Part shown: piece after piece, positions 52,901-64,000 of the stretch
Layout: each line of letters opens with the position of its first letter
Numbering within the stretch: the first letter of the stretch is position 1
NCBI GenBank assembly: GCA_040954595.2
Contig: CM082598.2
Location: 6,897,097 to 6,961,096, forward strand
Source of the DNA: Balanoglossus misakiensis
Lineage: Eukaryota; Animalia; Hemichordata
Length of the DNA: 64,000 nt
Reading direction: 5' to 3'
Program-made: the position numbers and the translations under genes
The notes under the pieces: generated by a model
Databases searched by the model: none
What the model was told of the DNA's origin: nothing
The model's input: the letters and a program-made list of their open reading frames with translations, nothing else

Positions 52901-55900
52901 CTACACATCTCTCAAATTTCTCTTTTATTTTCCCTTTGATCGACATCGTCCAGTCTGCACAGCTTGGCTACTTTGTGCTGAGAACAGTCTGATGCCCTCC
53001 TACAGGAAATAAACATAGTTTGGTTAGCACAGATGTTTGATCTGTTTCTACATAAATCTTCACATCTCTCAAATTTCTCTTTTATATCCCCTTTGATTGA
53101 CATCGTCCAGTCTGCACAGCTTGGCTATTTTGTGCTGAGAACAGTCTGATGCCCTCCAACAGGAACTAAACCTAGTTTTGTTAGCACAGATGTTTGATCT
53201 GTTTCTACATAAATCTTCACATCTCTCAAATTTCTCTTTAATTTCCCCTTTGATCGACATCGTCCAGTCTGCACAGCTTGGCTACTTTGTGCTGAGAACA
53301 GTCTGATGCCCTCCAACAGGAACTAAACCTAGTTTTGTTAGCACAGATGTTTGATCTGTTTCTACATAAATCTTCACATCTCTCAAATTTCTCTTTAATT
53401 TCCCCTTTGATCGACATCGTCCAGTCTGCACAGCTTGGCTATTTTGTGCTGAGAACAGTCTGATGCCCTCCAACAGGAACTAAACCTAGTTTTGTTAGCA
53501 CAGATGTTTGATCTGTTTCTACATAAATCTTCACATCTCTCAAATTTCTCTTTAATTTCCCCTTTGATCGACATCGTCCAGTCTGCACAGCTTGGCTATT
53601 TTGTGCTGAGAACAGTCTGATGCCCTCCAACAGAAAATAAACAGTTTTGTTAGCACAGATGTTTGATCTGTTTCTACATAAATCTTCACATCTCTCAAAT
53701 TTCTCTTTAATTTCCCCTTTGATCGACATCGTCCAGTCTGCACAGCTTGGCTATTTTGTGCTGAGAACAGTCTGATGCCCTCCAACAGAAAATAAACAGT
53801 TTTGTTAGCACAGATGTTTGATCTGTTTCTACATAAATCTTCACATCTCTCAAATTTCTCTTTTATTTTCCCTTTGATCGACATCGTCCAGTCTGCACAG
53901 CTTGGCTACTTTGTGCTGAGAACAGTCTGATGCCCTCCTACAGGAAATAAACATAGTTTGGTAAGCACAGATGTTTGATCTGTTTCTACATCATTCTACA
54001 CATCTCTCAAATTTCTCTTTTATTTCCCCTTTGATTGACATCGTCCAGTCTGCACAGCTTGGCTACTTTGTGCTGAGAACAGTCTGATGCCCTCCTACAG
54101 AACTAAACCTAGTTTTGTTAGCACAGATATTTGATCTGTTTCTACATAAATCTTCACATCTCTCAAATTTCTCTTTAATTTCCCCTTTGATCGACATCGT
54201 CCAGTCTGCACAGTTTGGCTACTTTGTGCTGGGAACAGTCTGATGCCCTCCTACAGAACTAAACCTAGTTTTGTTAGCACAGATGTTTGATCTGTTTCTA
54301 CATAAATCTTCACATCTCTCAAATTTCTCTTTTATTTTCCCTTTGATCGACATCGTCCAGTCTGCACAGCTTGGCTACTTTGTGCTGGGAACAGTCTGAT
54401 GCCCTCCTACAGAACTAAACCTAGTTTTGTTAGCACAGATGTTTGATCTGTTTCTACATAAATCTTCACATCTCTCAATTTTCTCTTTTATTTTCCCTTT
54501 GATCGACATCGTCCAGTCTGCACAGCTTGGCTACTTTGTGCTGGGAACAGTCTGATGCCCTCCTACAGAACTAAACCTAGTTTTGTTAGCACAGATGTTT
54601 GATCTGTTTCTACATAAATCTTCACATCTCTCAAATTTCTCTTTTATTTTCCCTTTGATCGACATCGTCCAGTCTGCACAGCTTGGCTACTTTGTGCTGA
54701 GAACAGTCTGATGCCCTCCTACAGGAAATAAACATAGTTTGGTTAGCACAGATGTTTGATCTGTTTCTACATAAATCTTCACATCTCTCAAATTTCTCTT
54801 TTATATCCCCCTTGATCGACATCGTCCAGTCTGCACAGCTTGGCTACTTTGTGCTGAGAACAGTCTGATGCCCTCCTACAGGAAATAAACATAGTTTGGT
54901 TAGCACAGATGTTTGATCTGTTTCTACATAAATCTTCACATCTCTCAAATTTCTCTTTTATATCCCCCTTGATCGACATCGTCCAGTCTGCACAGCTTGG
55001 CTACTTTGTGCTGGGAACAGTCTGATGCCCTCCTACAGAACTAAACCTAGTTTTGTTAGCACATGTTTGATCTGTTTCTACATAAATCTTCACATCTCTC
55101 AAATTTCTCTTTAATTTCCCCTTTGATCGACATCGTCCAGTCTGCACAGCTTGGCTACTTTGTGCTGAGAACAGTCTGATGCCCTCCTACAGGAAATAAA
55201 CATAGTTTGGTTAGCACAGATGTTTGATCTGTTTCTACATAAATCTTCACATCTCTCAATTTTCTCTTTTATATCCCCCTTGATCGACATCGTCCAGTCT
55301 GCACAGCTTGGCTACTTTGTGCTGAGAACAGTCTGATGCCCTCCTACAGGAAATAAACATAGTTTGGTTAGCACAGATGTTTGATCTGTTTCTACATAAA
55401 TCTTCACATCTCTCAAATTTCTCTTTTATATCCCCCTTGATCGACATCGTCCAGTCTGCACAGCTTGGCTACTTTGTGCTGAGAACAGTCTGATGCCCTC
55501 CTACAGGAAATAAACATAGTTTGGTTAGCACAGATGTTTGATCTGTTTCTACATAAATCTTCACATCTCTCAATTTTCTCTTTTATATCCCCCTTGATCG
55601 ACATCGTCCAGTCTGCACAGCTTGGCTACTTTGTGCTGAGAACAGTCTGATGCCCTCCTACAGGAAATAAACATAGTTTGGTTAGCACAGATGTTTGATC
55701 TGTTTCTACATAAATCTTCACATCTCTCAAATTTCTCTTTTATATCCCCCTTGATCGACATCGTCCAGTCTGCACAGCTTGGCTACTTTGTGCTGAGAAC
55801 AGTCTGATGCCCTCCTACAGGAAATAAACATACTTTGGTTAGCACAGATGTTTGATCTGTTTCTACATAAATCTTCACATCTCTCTAATTTCTCTTTAAT

Positions 55901-58900
55901 TTCCCCTTTGATCGACATCGTCCAGTCTGCAGAGCTTGGCTACTTTGTGCTGAGAACAGTCTGATGCCCTCCTACAGGAAATAAACTTAGTTTGGTTAGC
56001 ACAGATGTTTGATCTGTTTCAACATAAATCTTCACATCTCTCAAATTTCTCTTTTATTTCCCCTTTGATCGACATCGTCCAGTCTGCACAGCTTGGCTAC
56101 TTTGTGCTGAGAACAGTCTGATGCCCTCCTACAGGAAATAAACATAGTTTGGTTAGCACAGATGTTTGATCTGTTTCTACATAAATCTTCACATTTCTTA
56201 AATTTCTCTTTTATATCCCCCTTGATCGACATCGTCCAGTCTGCACAGCTTGGCTACTTTGTGCTGAGAACAGTCTGATGCCCTCCTACAGGAAATAAAC
56301 ATAGTTTGGTTAGCACAGATGTTTGATCTGTTTCTACATAAATCTTCACATTTCTTAAATTTGTCATCATATTGGAGATGACATGTGATTATTCCAAATT
56401 GGCCAATGTTTCTTCTGACAATTCTACTAAATGTCACTGTAGTTGTTGGCTAGATCTTCTTCTATATTGTGTAGGTTGCATAAATAAATTGGTCACATTC
56501 AGTAAATGTTCACTAACATTACATCACTGTCATTTGTGATGTAATCATTCTTTGAAAGAAAATCATAAAAAAGTTAAGTTTAAAATTGGTTATGCGTAAT
56601 GTTATTTGTTTTGCAAATTGTCAAATTTGAGGTTGTTTGTCAATTACTGGGAGTAACTTTTCTTTCTGTATCAACTGGCAGATATTTTCACAGAAGTTAT
56701 TTAGCTCGATCGTTTAGGTACATGTATAAAACTGAATTACACATGTTTACAGTCGATACAGTTTCTGTTCAAATGCTGTTATGAACCGCTTCTCACGGTA
56801 TATGTGTTTATACGTGTCAGTCGCTCTTACTTCGTAACTTAGAGGACACTCCGAATTGAATCATGAACACGAACAGGTATTTATTGCTTGCACACAAGGA
56901 GAACTACAACTACCAGAGAGAGTATCAGAACGAGGCTATATGTCCCATACTGCCATGCGTCTGGAATGTACTAAAGTCAATACAGGGGGGATCAGAATAC
57001 ATCTGATACACTACATCCCTCCTTTTCTTGGAATAGCTCTTCAGGCTACTAATGTCAAGTGTCCACGAAAATACACAGTTTAAAGTTTACAAACAATCAA
57101 CAGCAAAATGTGAAACGAATGCATGTCCAACAATGCATAAACATGAAAACGTCCGCAGTATGTATTTTCCTTATATCAGTGTTCCGCGCATATCTGAAAA
57201 CAACAATAAACTACTAACAAATTGCAATGTCAATATTCAGGGTCAAAGCTAATAGCTAACAAGAAAATCTGAGTATTTTGATGGCAGTTGCCTGGACCTT
57301 TGTGGTCTGCCACTATTAGTCATAGGTGAATCTGTCGGAGTCTGTGGACTTTCACGCTGATGATTCTGCAAAGACTGGTCACAGGGTGATATAGCAGGTG
57401 GCGATTCTTGTTGTGCTGGCTGTTGGTCTGGAAATGCTGGCTTGGTCTCCTGCTCTGGTGTTACGGTGTCAGTGATGTATTTCTTGACGTGTGTGGTATT
57501 CCTAGAATATTGAACACCTCTCGGGGACTCAACTATTATGCTATTCCCTGTTTTGTTGACAACAGTATATGGCTCCGGGTTAAATGGAGTTGACAATTTG
57601 TTTGTCTTCTGCTGCTCAACAAGAACTTTATCTCCAACTTGCACTTCAGAATATCGCGCATTCCTTCTTTCATCTGCATACATCTTTGCATTTCCTTTCT
57701 GTTCGGCATCTCTGTCACGTACATCTATGTCGTTGTGATGTTCTGCGTTGAATTCTGGCAATTTCCCTTTTATCTTCCGTCTGAATAGGAGTTCGGCTGG
57801 GCTTTTGCCTGTAGTAGCATGATCTATGCCTCTGTATTTGGTCACGTATCTTCTCAGCTCTCGTTTCCAATCTAGCCCTTCGGCCTGAGCGATACGGATT
57901 CTCTTCATCAATGATCTGTTCTGGCGTTCTACTTCGCCGTTAGCTTGAGCCCACCTTGCTGTAACACTAAGGTGTGTGATGCTGTTGTGGTCACAATATT
58001 TCTGGAACTCTTCAGATCGGAACTGTTCACGTTCAGTCTGCGAGTATCTCCGCTCACAATCGGTGAGGCTACGGCTTGCATAACAAACTGGAACTAGCAT
58101 TTTGTTCTGCTCCTGCACTAGCACTGCACCTAGTCCTACGGGACTGGCATCAGCAATCACTTTCGTTGGAGCGGTTTTGTCAAAGTAGGCTAGGGTTGTT
58201 GCTTTGGCTAAACTTGCCTTCAGCTCTGCAAATGCTGATTTCTGTTCTGGACCAAAATGGAATGGCACGTTCTTTCTGGTGATTCTCCTCAGCGGTTCTG
58301 AGATGGTTGCAAAGCCTGGTATAAATCGGCTACTGTAACTAACCATGCCCATGAAGCTTCTGACTTCAGATACATCTCTCGGTTCTCTGGCCTCCAATAC
58401 GGCTCTAACTCTGTCTTGGGTTGGTTCTATGCCTTTCTGTGACAGTAGTATTCCCATGAAAACAAGGTCATCCATGTTGAATTGACACTTTTCACGGTTC
58501 AGTGTTAGACCACAATCGTGTAATCAGGTTATGACTGCAAGTAAACTGCAAGTAAAATGTGTTTCCTGGTCACACCCATGTACTATCATCAGATATGTTT
58601 TCTACACCATCAATGCCTGCCAGGGCTGTCGCAATTTCGTGTTGATGCTGTTCACTCGCTGAACTTACACCAAATAGCAATCGTTTGTAACGATACAGTC
58701 CGGCGTGTGTGGCGAATGTTGTGATCTCACGGGATTCTGGCGTCAGCTCCAACTGGTGGTAACCCCACTTTAAGTCTAGTTTGCTGAACACTTTGGAACC
58801 GTTGATGTTCTGTAACAGCTCATCTATGGTAGGGATAGGGTGTCTGCCGCGTATGATTGCTTTGTTTGCTCTGCGCATGTCAATGCATAGTCTAATGTCA

Positions 58901-61900
58901 CCTCCTGATTTTGGCACTACAACGACTGGGTTGACCCATGGTGTCGGCCCGTCTACTGATTCAATAATGTCCAAATCCAGTAGCTCTTTTATTTTCGCCT
59001 CTACCTTTCCTCTCAATTTGAATGGTGTTCGCCTCAGGGGTTGTGCTACACGTTCTACGGAGGGGTCGATGTGAAGTTTTATTTGCTTTGTGTTGAGCTT
59101 GCCCACACCAGTAAAGACATCAGGGTACTGTTGCTGTAAGCGGTCAGCCACGTCTGTTACTGTTGCGATGTGTGCACCAATACCAATTTTCAGTACACCC
59201 AATTTTGTTGATGTGTCCTTGCCGAGTAAAGGTATGCCTTTGCCTTTAATGACTAGGAATTCAGCATTGGTGATGGTTCTGCCCACCTTTACTTCACATG
59301 TGAAACTGCCCTTGACGGTTAGGGGTTGGTTTGATCCATACAGGTACGGTTTTCGTCCGCATGTGTTGGCCTGTGATGCACATCTGATCTGCTGTCGCTT
59401 TAATTGCTCCCAGGTCGGGTCATCAATAATGTTGCCAGTTGCGCCTGAGTCTACCAACATTTTCAGGTTTACACCACCAACTTGGACATCAAGTGTGTTT
59501 GAGTTCTTACCACTGTTGACAGTGAAGGCGTAATCGGGCGGTGCTTGGCTGTTTTGCGGCTCTTCGACCACATTGACTTCTGATTTGACCTTTGACCTGC
59601 ATATTTTGGCAAAGTAATTCTTACCGTCGCATTTCTAGCATGTCTGGCCTCTTGCTGGGCATTTGGGATCGCGACCAAAGTGTCCTGTCAATCCACGGCG
59701 ATAACAAGTTTTATCTCTTGCTGGTTTTGTATCTTTATCTTTCTCATGTTTCTTTGCTTTCTGTGTACGGCGTTTGCTTCTATCAGTAAGTCTGTTGACA
59801 GTTTCCCTGTCTTCTCTCTTTGCTGAAAGAGCAGCCATTTATACCTCCACTTTCTCGCACTGATCGGCTATTTGTAGGCTACGTGCTAAGGTCAATGCTT
59901 GGCCTTCTTCCAATAACTACCGGCGTACGTAATCTGATGAACATTTATTCAGCACTGCGTCTCTGATTTGATTGTCTTTATCACCTCTGAAGTTACAATC
60001 ACTGGCAGCTTTACGTAGGCGGGTGACAAATTGAAGTATGGTCTCACCTTGCTTTTGTGTGGTTTGATGGAATGTCTGTCTGGCGAACGCAAGGTTGACT
60101 TGGGGCACAAAGTAGGTGTTTAGCGCTGTCACGGCTCTGTTATTCTCTGTGACTGTTCCCGTATCTGACAAAGTTGTAAAAATGTCCTGTACGTCTGGAC
60201 CGGCTAAATGCAACAACAAAGCTCTCCGCCTTTGTTTCGTGGAGGAGTCATCAATTATCAAACCTTTTCCATCGGCGTACAGTTCAAATGACGTCAGCCA
60301 TCGCTCCCATCGTGGCCCCAGGGTTGACGGATTAGTATAGCAGTCGAATTTTGGAATCGGGCGCTGGTTTTTTAATCTTCTTTCAAGGATGTGGGTGAAA
60401 TACTCGTCGCCAGTGTTATATACCGCTTCTCACCGTATATGTGTTTATACGTGTCAGTCGCTCTTACTTTGTAACTTAGAGGACACTCCGAATTGAATCA
60501 TGAACACGAACAGGTATTTATTGCTTGCACACAAGGAGAACTACAACTACCAGAGAGAGTATCAGAACGAGGCTATATGTCCCATACTGCCATGCGTCTG
60601 GAATGTACCAAAGTCAATACAGGGGGATCAGAATACATCTGATACACTACAAATGCCATTAACTGTTGGTTAATATTATCCACAAGGGAGTTTGTGATGA
60701 CAATTTGTTGTTTGTTTGTTTGTCTGTTTGTTCATTCATTCGTTCATTTTAAGAAATTAACCTCATGTGACATTACAGTTTTATTGACATCCTCATCATG
60801 CTCCTCCTTCATTACTTACAGAATGGAGACACACCTTTGCACTTAGCAGCAAGAAGGGGTGGTGATGAAGGCGATGTCAGATTGTTATTGGAACACAAAG
60901 CGGATGTGACCGTACAAAACAAGGTAAATACCAACATCACTTCTGCAGGTTAATTCTATCAGTATGGAAAGATTTATTCATTTATTTGTTTGTTTGTTTG
61001 TTTAGGAATCCTCACAGTATGTTTCAAATGTTATGACATTGTTCTCATGCTCCTCCGCCATTAAGGCTGCCGCACACGAGAGAAATCAGCTGAGCAAAAA
61101 GTCATTCGAGGAATTTTGCTCAGCAATTTTCCTCCCGTGTGCGGGCGATTTTTCCTGATCTTTTTACTTTTGCGCCGCGGATCACGATATTCAACATGTT
61201 TGATATTTTTTTCCTGACGAGGAAAATTACTCACCGTGTGCGCCGTACAAAGTAATTTTACTCACGTATCTAGCCTAATTGCGCATGCGCCAGCATCACT
61301 TGACGACGATACCAACCTGACTTATGCAGATTAATGCTATTAGTATAGAAACATTTATTTATTTGTTTGTTTGTTTGTTTAGGAATCCTCACAGTATGTT
61401 TAAAATGTTATGACATTGTTCTCATGCTCCTCCTCCATTACATACAGAAATACTCACCAGTACGGTGTTGGCAAGAAATTAAGTTACTCACAATGAAAAT
61501 GCTTCATAATAATGGATGACCACAGACAAGTTCTCTACCTCTGATAATGATAACAGTAATTTAGGCACTCTATGCAAGTCAAAACACAGTATTTCACTCA
61601 AACAAACACTTTCTCAACATTAATGATCATCAAAGTCATCTCTAGTCATTAGTCTAAACAAAGATTTCCCATCCATGTAAATTTTCTGGTCTCATGCAGA
61701 TCAATAGAATTTGATCCAAATCAGTTTTTCCTCAAAACTGTCAAGATAAATAAAGGCACAATCTACTGTCTGTATTTTTCTTTGTAACAGACCTGATGAG
61801 AGACAGACATTGTAAAAATTATAAATTTCATGAAAAGAGATCATTGTTTAAAAGATTAAAATCAAATTTTCATCCAACCTCTGGACTAAAATCATGAGGG

Positions 61901-63495
61901 TATCTATCAAATACATTGGTCTGGCTATTTTGCCTTCTATGGTTTGCAACTTTTGAAATCGTTCATCGTTATGAGGAAATTTATCTGTTATCTCTAAACA
62001 AAGTCAAATTGAACATTCTGACATGGTGGACCTAATACACACAATGCATTCATTTAATTCAACTCTATCATTTAAAGCTACATTAACGTGGAGACATCCA
62101 ACTCAAAAAATGTGTCACGGCCACCATGGTCCCATTTAGGGCTTACACAGAAAGAGTCTACACCGGAGTACATATACAGACACACACACAAATAGAGAGA
62201 TCAATAGGCAAACACTGACTGACCCATAAGCTGCCAATGGCATGTGGAATGTACATAGACCAAGTAGAACAGCTGGTCTCTTTAACAGTTAGCCAGTTAT
62301 GTAAACATGCAGGAATTTGCTGTGTATACAAATCTCAGAGGGGTGCATTTTTTATTACAAAGAACTATGTACTGGAAATTGTTCTTAAAAAATTGTGGTA
62401 TGAGACAAAATATCCTACAAAATATAAAAGTTCCAAATTACCTATGATTTGATTCCATAATATTTCTAAAGAAACCAATCCCATTAACTTACAACCCGAA
62501 TTTTAAAGTAATCAGCCATACAGAATACACTTTCTGAGAAATATAATTTTTTTATCAAAATTGGAAAATATGCTCCCAAAATACAAGATATTGCCCCCAC
62601 AAAACATTGACACTTTAATCATCATGACAACTCACCCGGGAACCTTCAAATCAAAATTCAAAGCAATGGGGTGGAGGGTTCTGAGAAAAAGTTTGACCAA
62701 AACTATGCTAAATGTATTGAATTCTTCACGTTGATTTGAAATCCATACATGCAAATCTTACTTGAGGTACCCCTAGGAACATACCTTCCAAATTTCAAAG
62801 CAATCTGACAGCAGTTTTAGAGAAAACATATTTGATCAAAAAAGGCAAAAATGATAAATATGCAAATTTTGAAACAATTTAAAGAAAACTATGGTAACTC
62901 AGATCACATATATGAAGCTTCATACTAAATTTCAAAGAAGTCAGCTGATCAATTCTAGAAAAGTAGATTTTTTTACCAAAATGTGAAAAAATATATAAAG
63001 ATTAGAAAATTCTCACTCAAAACATACAGGACTGTGTTAGGTTGACATAAGGTACATGCATACCAATTTTCAAATCAATATGACCAGTGGTTGTTGAGTT
63101 TCTGAGTTTTGACCGATTTCCCGTTTTACCCAGCTAATTTGCATATTTTGGCAATGGCAACTTCATTTGAACAAACTCCTATCTACAGCCCTTATTGCAT
63201 CTGCACACCAAATATTGAGGTTATACACGTAGCCGTTTTCAAGTCATTGATGGACATACAGACATACACACATCCATCCATCCATACTTACATACAGACG
63301 CAACTGATTCCATAAGGTACCATGGTATATATATATAACCAAATTGAACCTGATGATATTAGCACCCCAATACTATTATGCACACCTTATCTTGTTGTAC
63401 CTCTTACGCCATGTTGTCTGTTTTTGTTTCTTGGATAGGATGGCAACACAGCACTCCACATGGCAGCAATGAGCGAAGTGTCTTGGAGGGATTAG
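44362..63495 (+). CDS. Ankyrin-repeat protein gene, one repeat per phase-0 exon; 3' end disrupted or off-window
   Basis: Exons 44362-44391 (MASQEYKDPQ), 46203-46301 (DLIDAAKKGDVAKIQSLIADGYDVNARGKHQFW), 47862-47960 (DDSTALHVASFEGKLDAVRVLISHGAYVNVENE), 50538-50642 (GGDTPLHNAA...LLLEHKADVTIQNK), 60822-60923 (NGDTPLHLAA...LLLEHKADVTVQNK), and 63439- (DGNTALHMAA..., stop at 63493-63495). Canonical AG/GT sites. Confidence 0.85.
46801..47420. mobile_element. Unclassified MITE-like element with ~70-bp inverted repeats
   Basis: TGAACCACATTGAACAAAA...ACTGTAGACTGACACCATTTTCACACTGGGT mirrors ACCTAGTGTGAACATGGTATCAGTCTACAGTTTTGTTCATTGTGGTTCA; contains (CA)n; no TSD resolved. Confidence 0.65.
47425..47601. 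mobile_element. Decayed Tc1/mariner (pogo/Tigger-like) MITE
   Basis: CAGTAGAA... to ...GGCAGGTTTACTG termini with an internal duplicated TTTT.CTGTCCCTTTG segment. Confidence 0.4.
48320..50069 (+). mobile_element. Full-length non-autonomous Helentron/HINE-like element, family 2
   Basis: T-run, then 5' palindrome AGGTCCCAT...ATGGGACCT (48325-48361), (GTAT)n microsatellite, ~5 tandem ~238-bp units (~48840-50003), 3' subTIR ATGGGACC (~50037), stem-loop AGTGTC-CTT-GACGCT and a T-run. Confidence 0.85.
51365..51480. mobile_element. 3' fragment of the Kolobok-like MITE family
   Basis: Ends GAGAGACTTTGTCCCT|TTAA; matches ~35020-35137. Confidence 0.7.
52644..56361. repeat. 155-157-bp satellite array, ~24 units, intronic
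   Basis: CACAGCTTGGCTACTTTGTGCTGAGAACAGTCTGATGCCCTCC... repeated head-to-tail at high identity. Confidence 0.98.
56777..57015 (-). repeat. 3' LTR
   Basis: Direct repeat of 60414-60651; about 5 substitutions and 1 indel by eye. Confidence 0.95.
57249..58475 (-). pseudogene. pol: pol fragment: RT C-terminus, partial RNase H fused in frame to integrase C-terminal half
   Basis: EVRSFMG...YSSRFIPGFA, DASPVGLGAVL, YASRSLT..ERRYSQTERE joined directly to QFRSEEF...QANGEVERQNR...TTGKSPAELLF. Confidence 0.9.
58570..59571 (-). pseudogene. pol: pol fragment: aspartic protease and reverse transcriptase N-terminal part
   Basis: LVDSGA protease motif; PWVNPVVVVPK, RLCIDMR, FSKLDLKWGYHQ, RLLFG, NISDD, then a frameshift. 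Confidence 0.92.
59580..60345 (-). pseudogene. gag: gag, disrupted by stops and frameshifts
   Basis: RRALLLHLAGPDVQDIF, QKQGETILQFVTRLRKAASDCNF...QIRD, and a degenerate double zinc knuckle CYRRGLTGH...KCPARGQTC*KC. Confidence 0.85.
60414..60651 (-). repeat. 5' LTR
   Basis: Followed on the minus strand by the PBS. Confidence 0.95.
61045..61320. mobile_element. Truncated PIF/Harbinger-like MITE end
   Basis: TAA|GGCTGCCGCACACGAG start; GC-richer than flanks; lies between two copies of the same intron segment; no partner TIR found. Confidence 0.4.
63035..63352 (-). mobile_element. 5' fragment of HINE family 2
   Basis: Reverse complement of ~48325-48655, including the decayed terminal palindrome and (CATC/CATA) microsatellite. 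Confidence 0.8.
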
Positions 63496-64000
63496 GGACC
63501 GTTCAGTTTTTACGGCAGGGGGGGGGGCGGCAAGTTTGTGTCATCGGTTTTCAAAATCAGGCCGACCCCCCCTTCACCCAGCCCAAAAAAATGATGACCC
63601 CCCCTTTGACAGACCCAAAAATATGATGACCCCCCCCCCCCCCACGCCGAAAACATTCGCCGTCCTGATCCTATGTATACACTATATGCAATAAAGGGAA
63701 TGGGGCTCCTCACCCCTCAATTATAAATGTTTTAAAGTATTTGAATTATTTAATAATATTGTTGTAATAAAGAAATCTATGAACAAAATAAAATGACAAG
63801 TCAATACAATAGTTGCTAGAATTGGTAAAACAAGAAAAGTGGCGGGGGTGGGCGTGGGAAGGGGTGTCTCCCTCGCACATAAGAAAATTTTGTAAAATAT
63901 GTAGCTCAAAGTTGCATTTTTATGAACTCAAAAGCAAATTCATCTCAATGTTTGGGAGGACCAATTTTATTTTTTGCCATTCCATTCAAAGTTAGAAGAT
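63495..64000. mobile_element. PIF/Harbinger-like insertion into an ankyrin exon; may extend off-window
   Basis: TTA|GGGACCGTTCAGTTTTTACGGCAGGGGGGG begins exactly where ankyrin similarity ends; G/C-run-rich subterminal sequence; second TIR not identified. Confidence 0.6.

Larger units (their letters stand above)
56777..60651 (-). mobile_element. Ty3/Gypsy LTR retrotransposon (Mag-like), both LTRs present, internally deleted and defective
   Basis: LTRs 56777-57015 and 60414-60651 (TG...CA); 5-bp TSD AATGC at 56772-56776 and 60652-60656; PBS TGGCGACGAG (tRNA-Ser type) at 60412-60403; PPT AAAAGGAGGGA at 57026-57016; domain order gag-PR-RT-RH-IN. Confidence 0.96.

Noticed and set aside
52644-56361. 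CRISPR-like array
   Set aside because: Whole units repeat with no unique spacers, no cas genes, and the context is eukaryotic.
52912-56437. Series of 63-110 aa ORFs (MSIKGDIKEKFERCEDLC...)
   Set aside because: Artefacts of the 155-157-bp satellite; most unit lengths are not multiples of 3, so frames shift and stop.
58781-59533. Plus-strand ORFs inside the retrotransposon
   Set aside because: Antisense shadows of pol.

Overview
Repeat-rich, intron-containing animal genomic DNA. The transposon repertoire suggests a marine invertebrate; this is an inference and the species was not determined. Main content: (1) the 5' part of a spliced THAP-domain / Harbinger-ISL2EU-type transposase gene at the left edge; (2) a tandem segmental duplication (A ~2199-10877, B ~11839-23108), each copy holding a 10-exon minus-strand gene for a secreted signal peptide-PAN/apple-EGF-TSP1x3-CCPx2-C-type lectin protein, where B is intact (622 aa), A has a nonsense codon plus a frameshift, and amino-acid divergence is concentrated in the lectin and second CCP exons; (3) a largely non-coding 29-38 kb zone of nested old duplications with a conserved candidate 13-nt micro-exon; (4) a decayed Academ-like transposase; (5) a plus-strand ankyrin-repeat gene, one repeat per exon, whose introns hold a Helentron-type element, a ~157-bp satellite and a complete but internally deleted Ty3/Gypsy LTR element, and whose last visible exon is interrupted by a Harbinger-like insertion. 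Two different Helentron/HINE-like families carry the same ~237-bp internal repeat with AGGTCA-A-AGGTCA (DR1) sites. No rRNA, tRNA or CRISPR features were seen. All exon structures were derived by hand from GT/AG signals and reading-frame phase, without transcript evidence.
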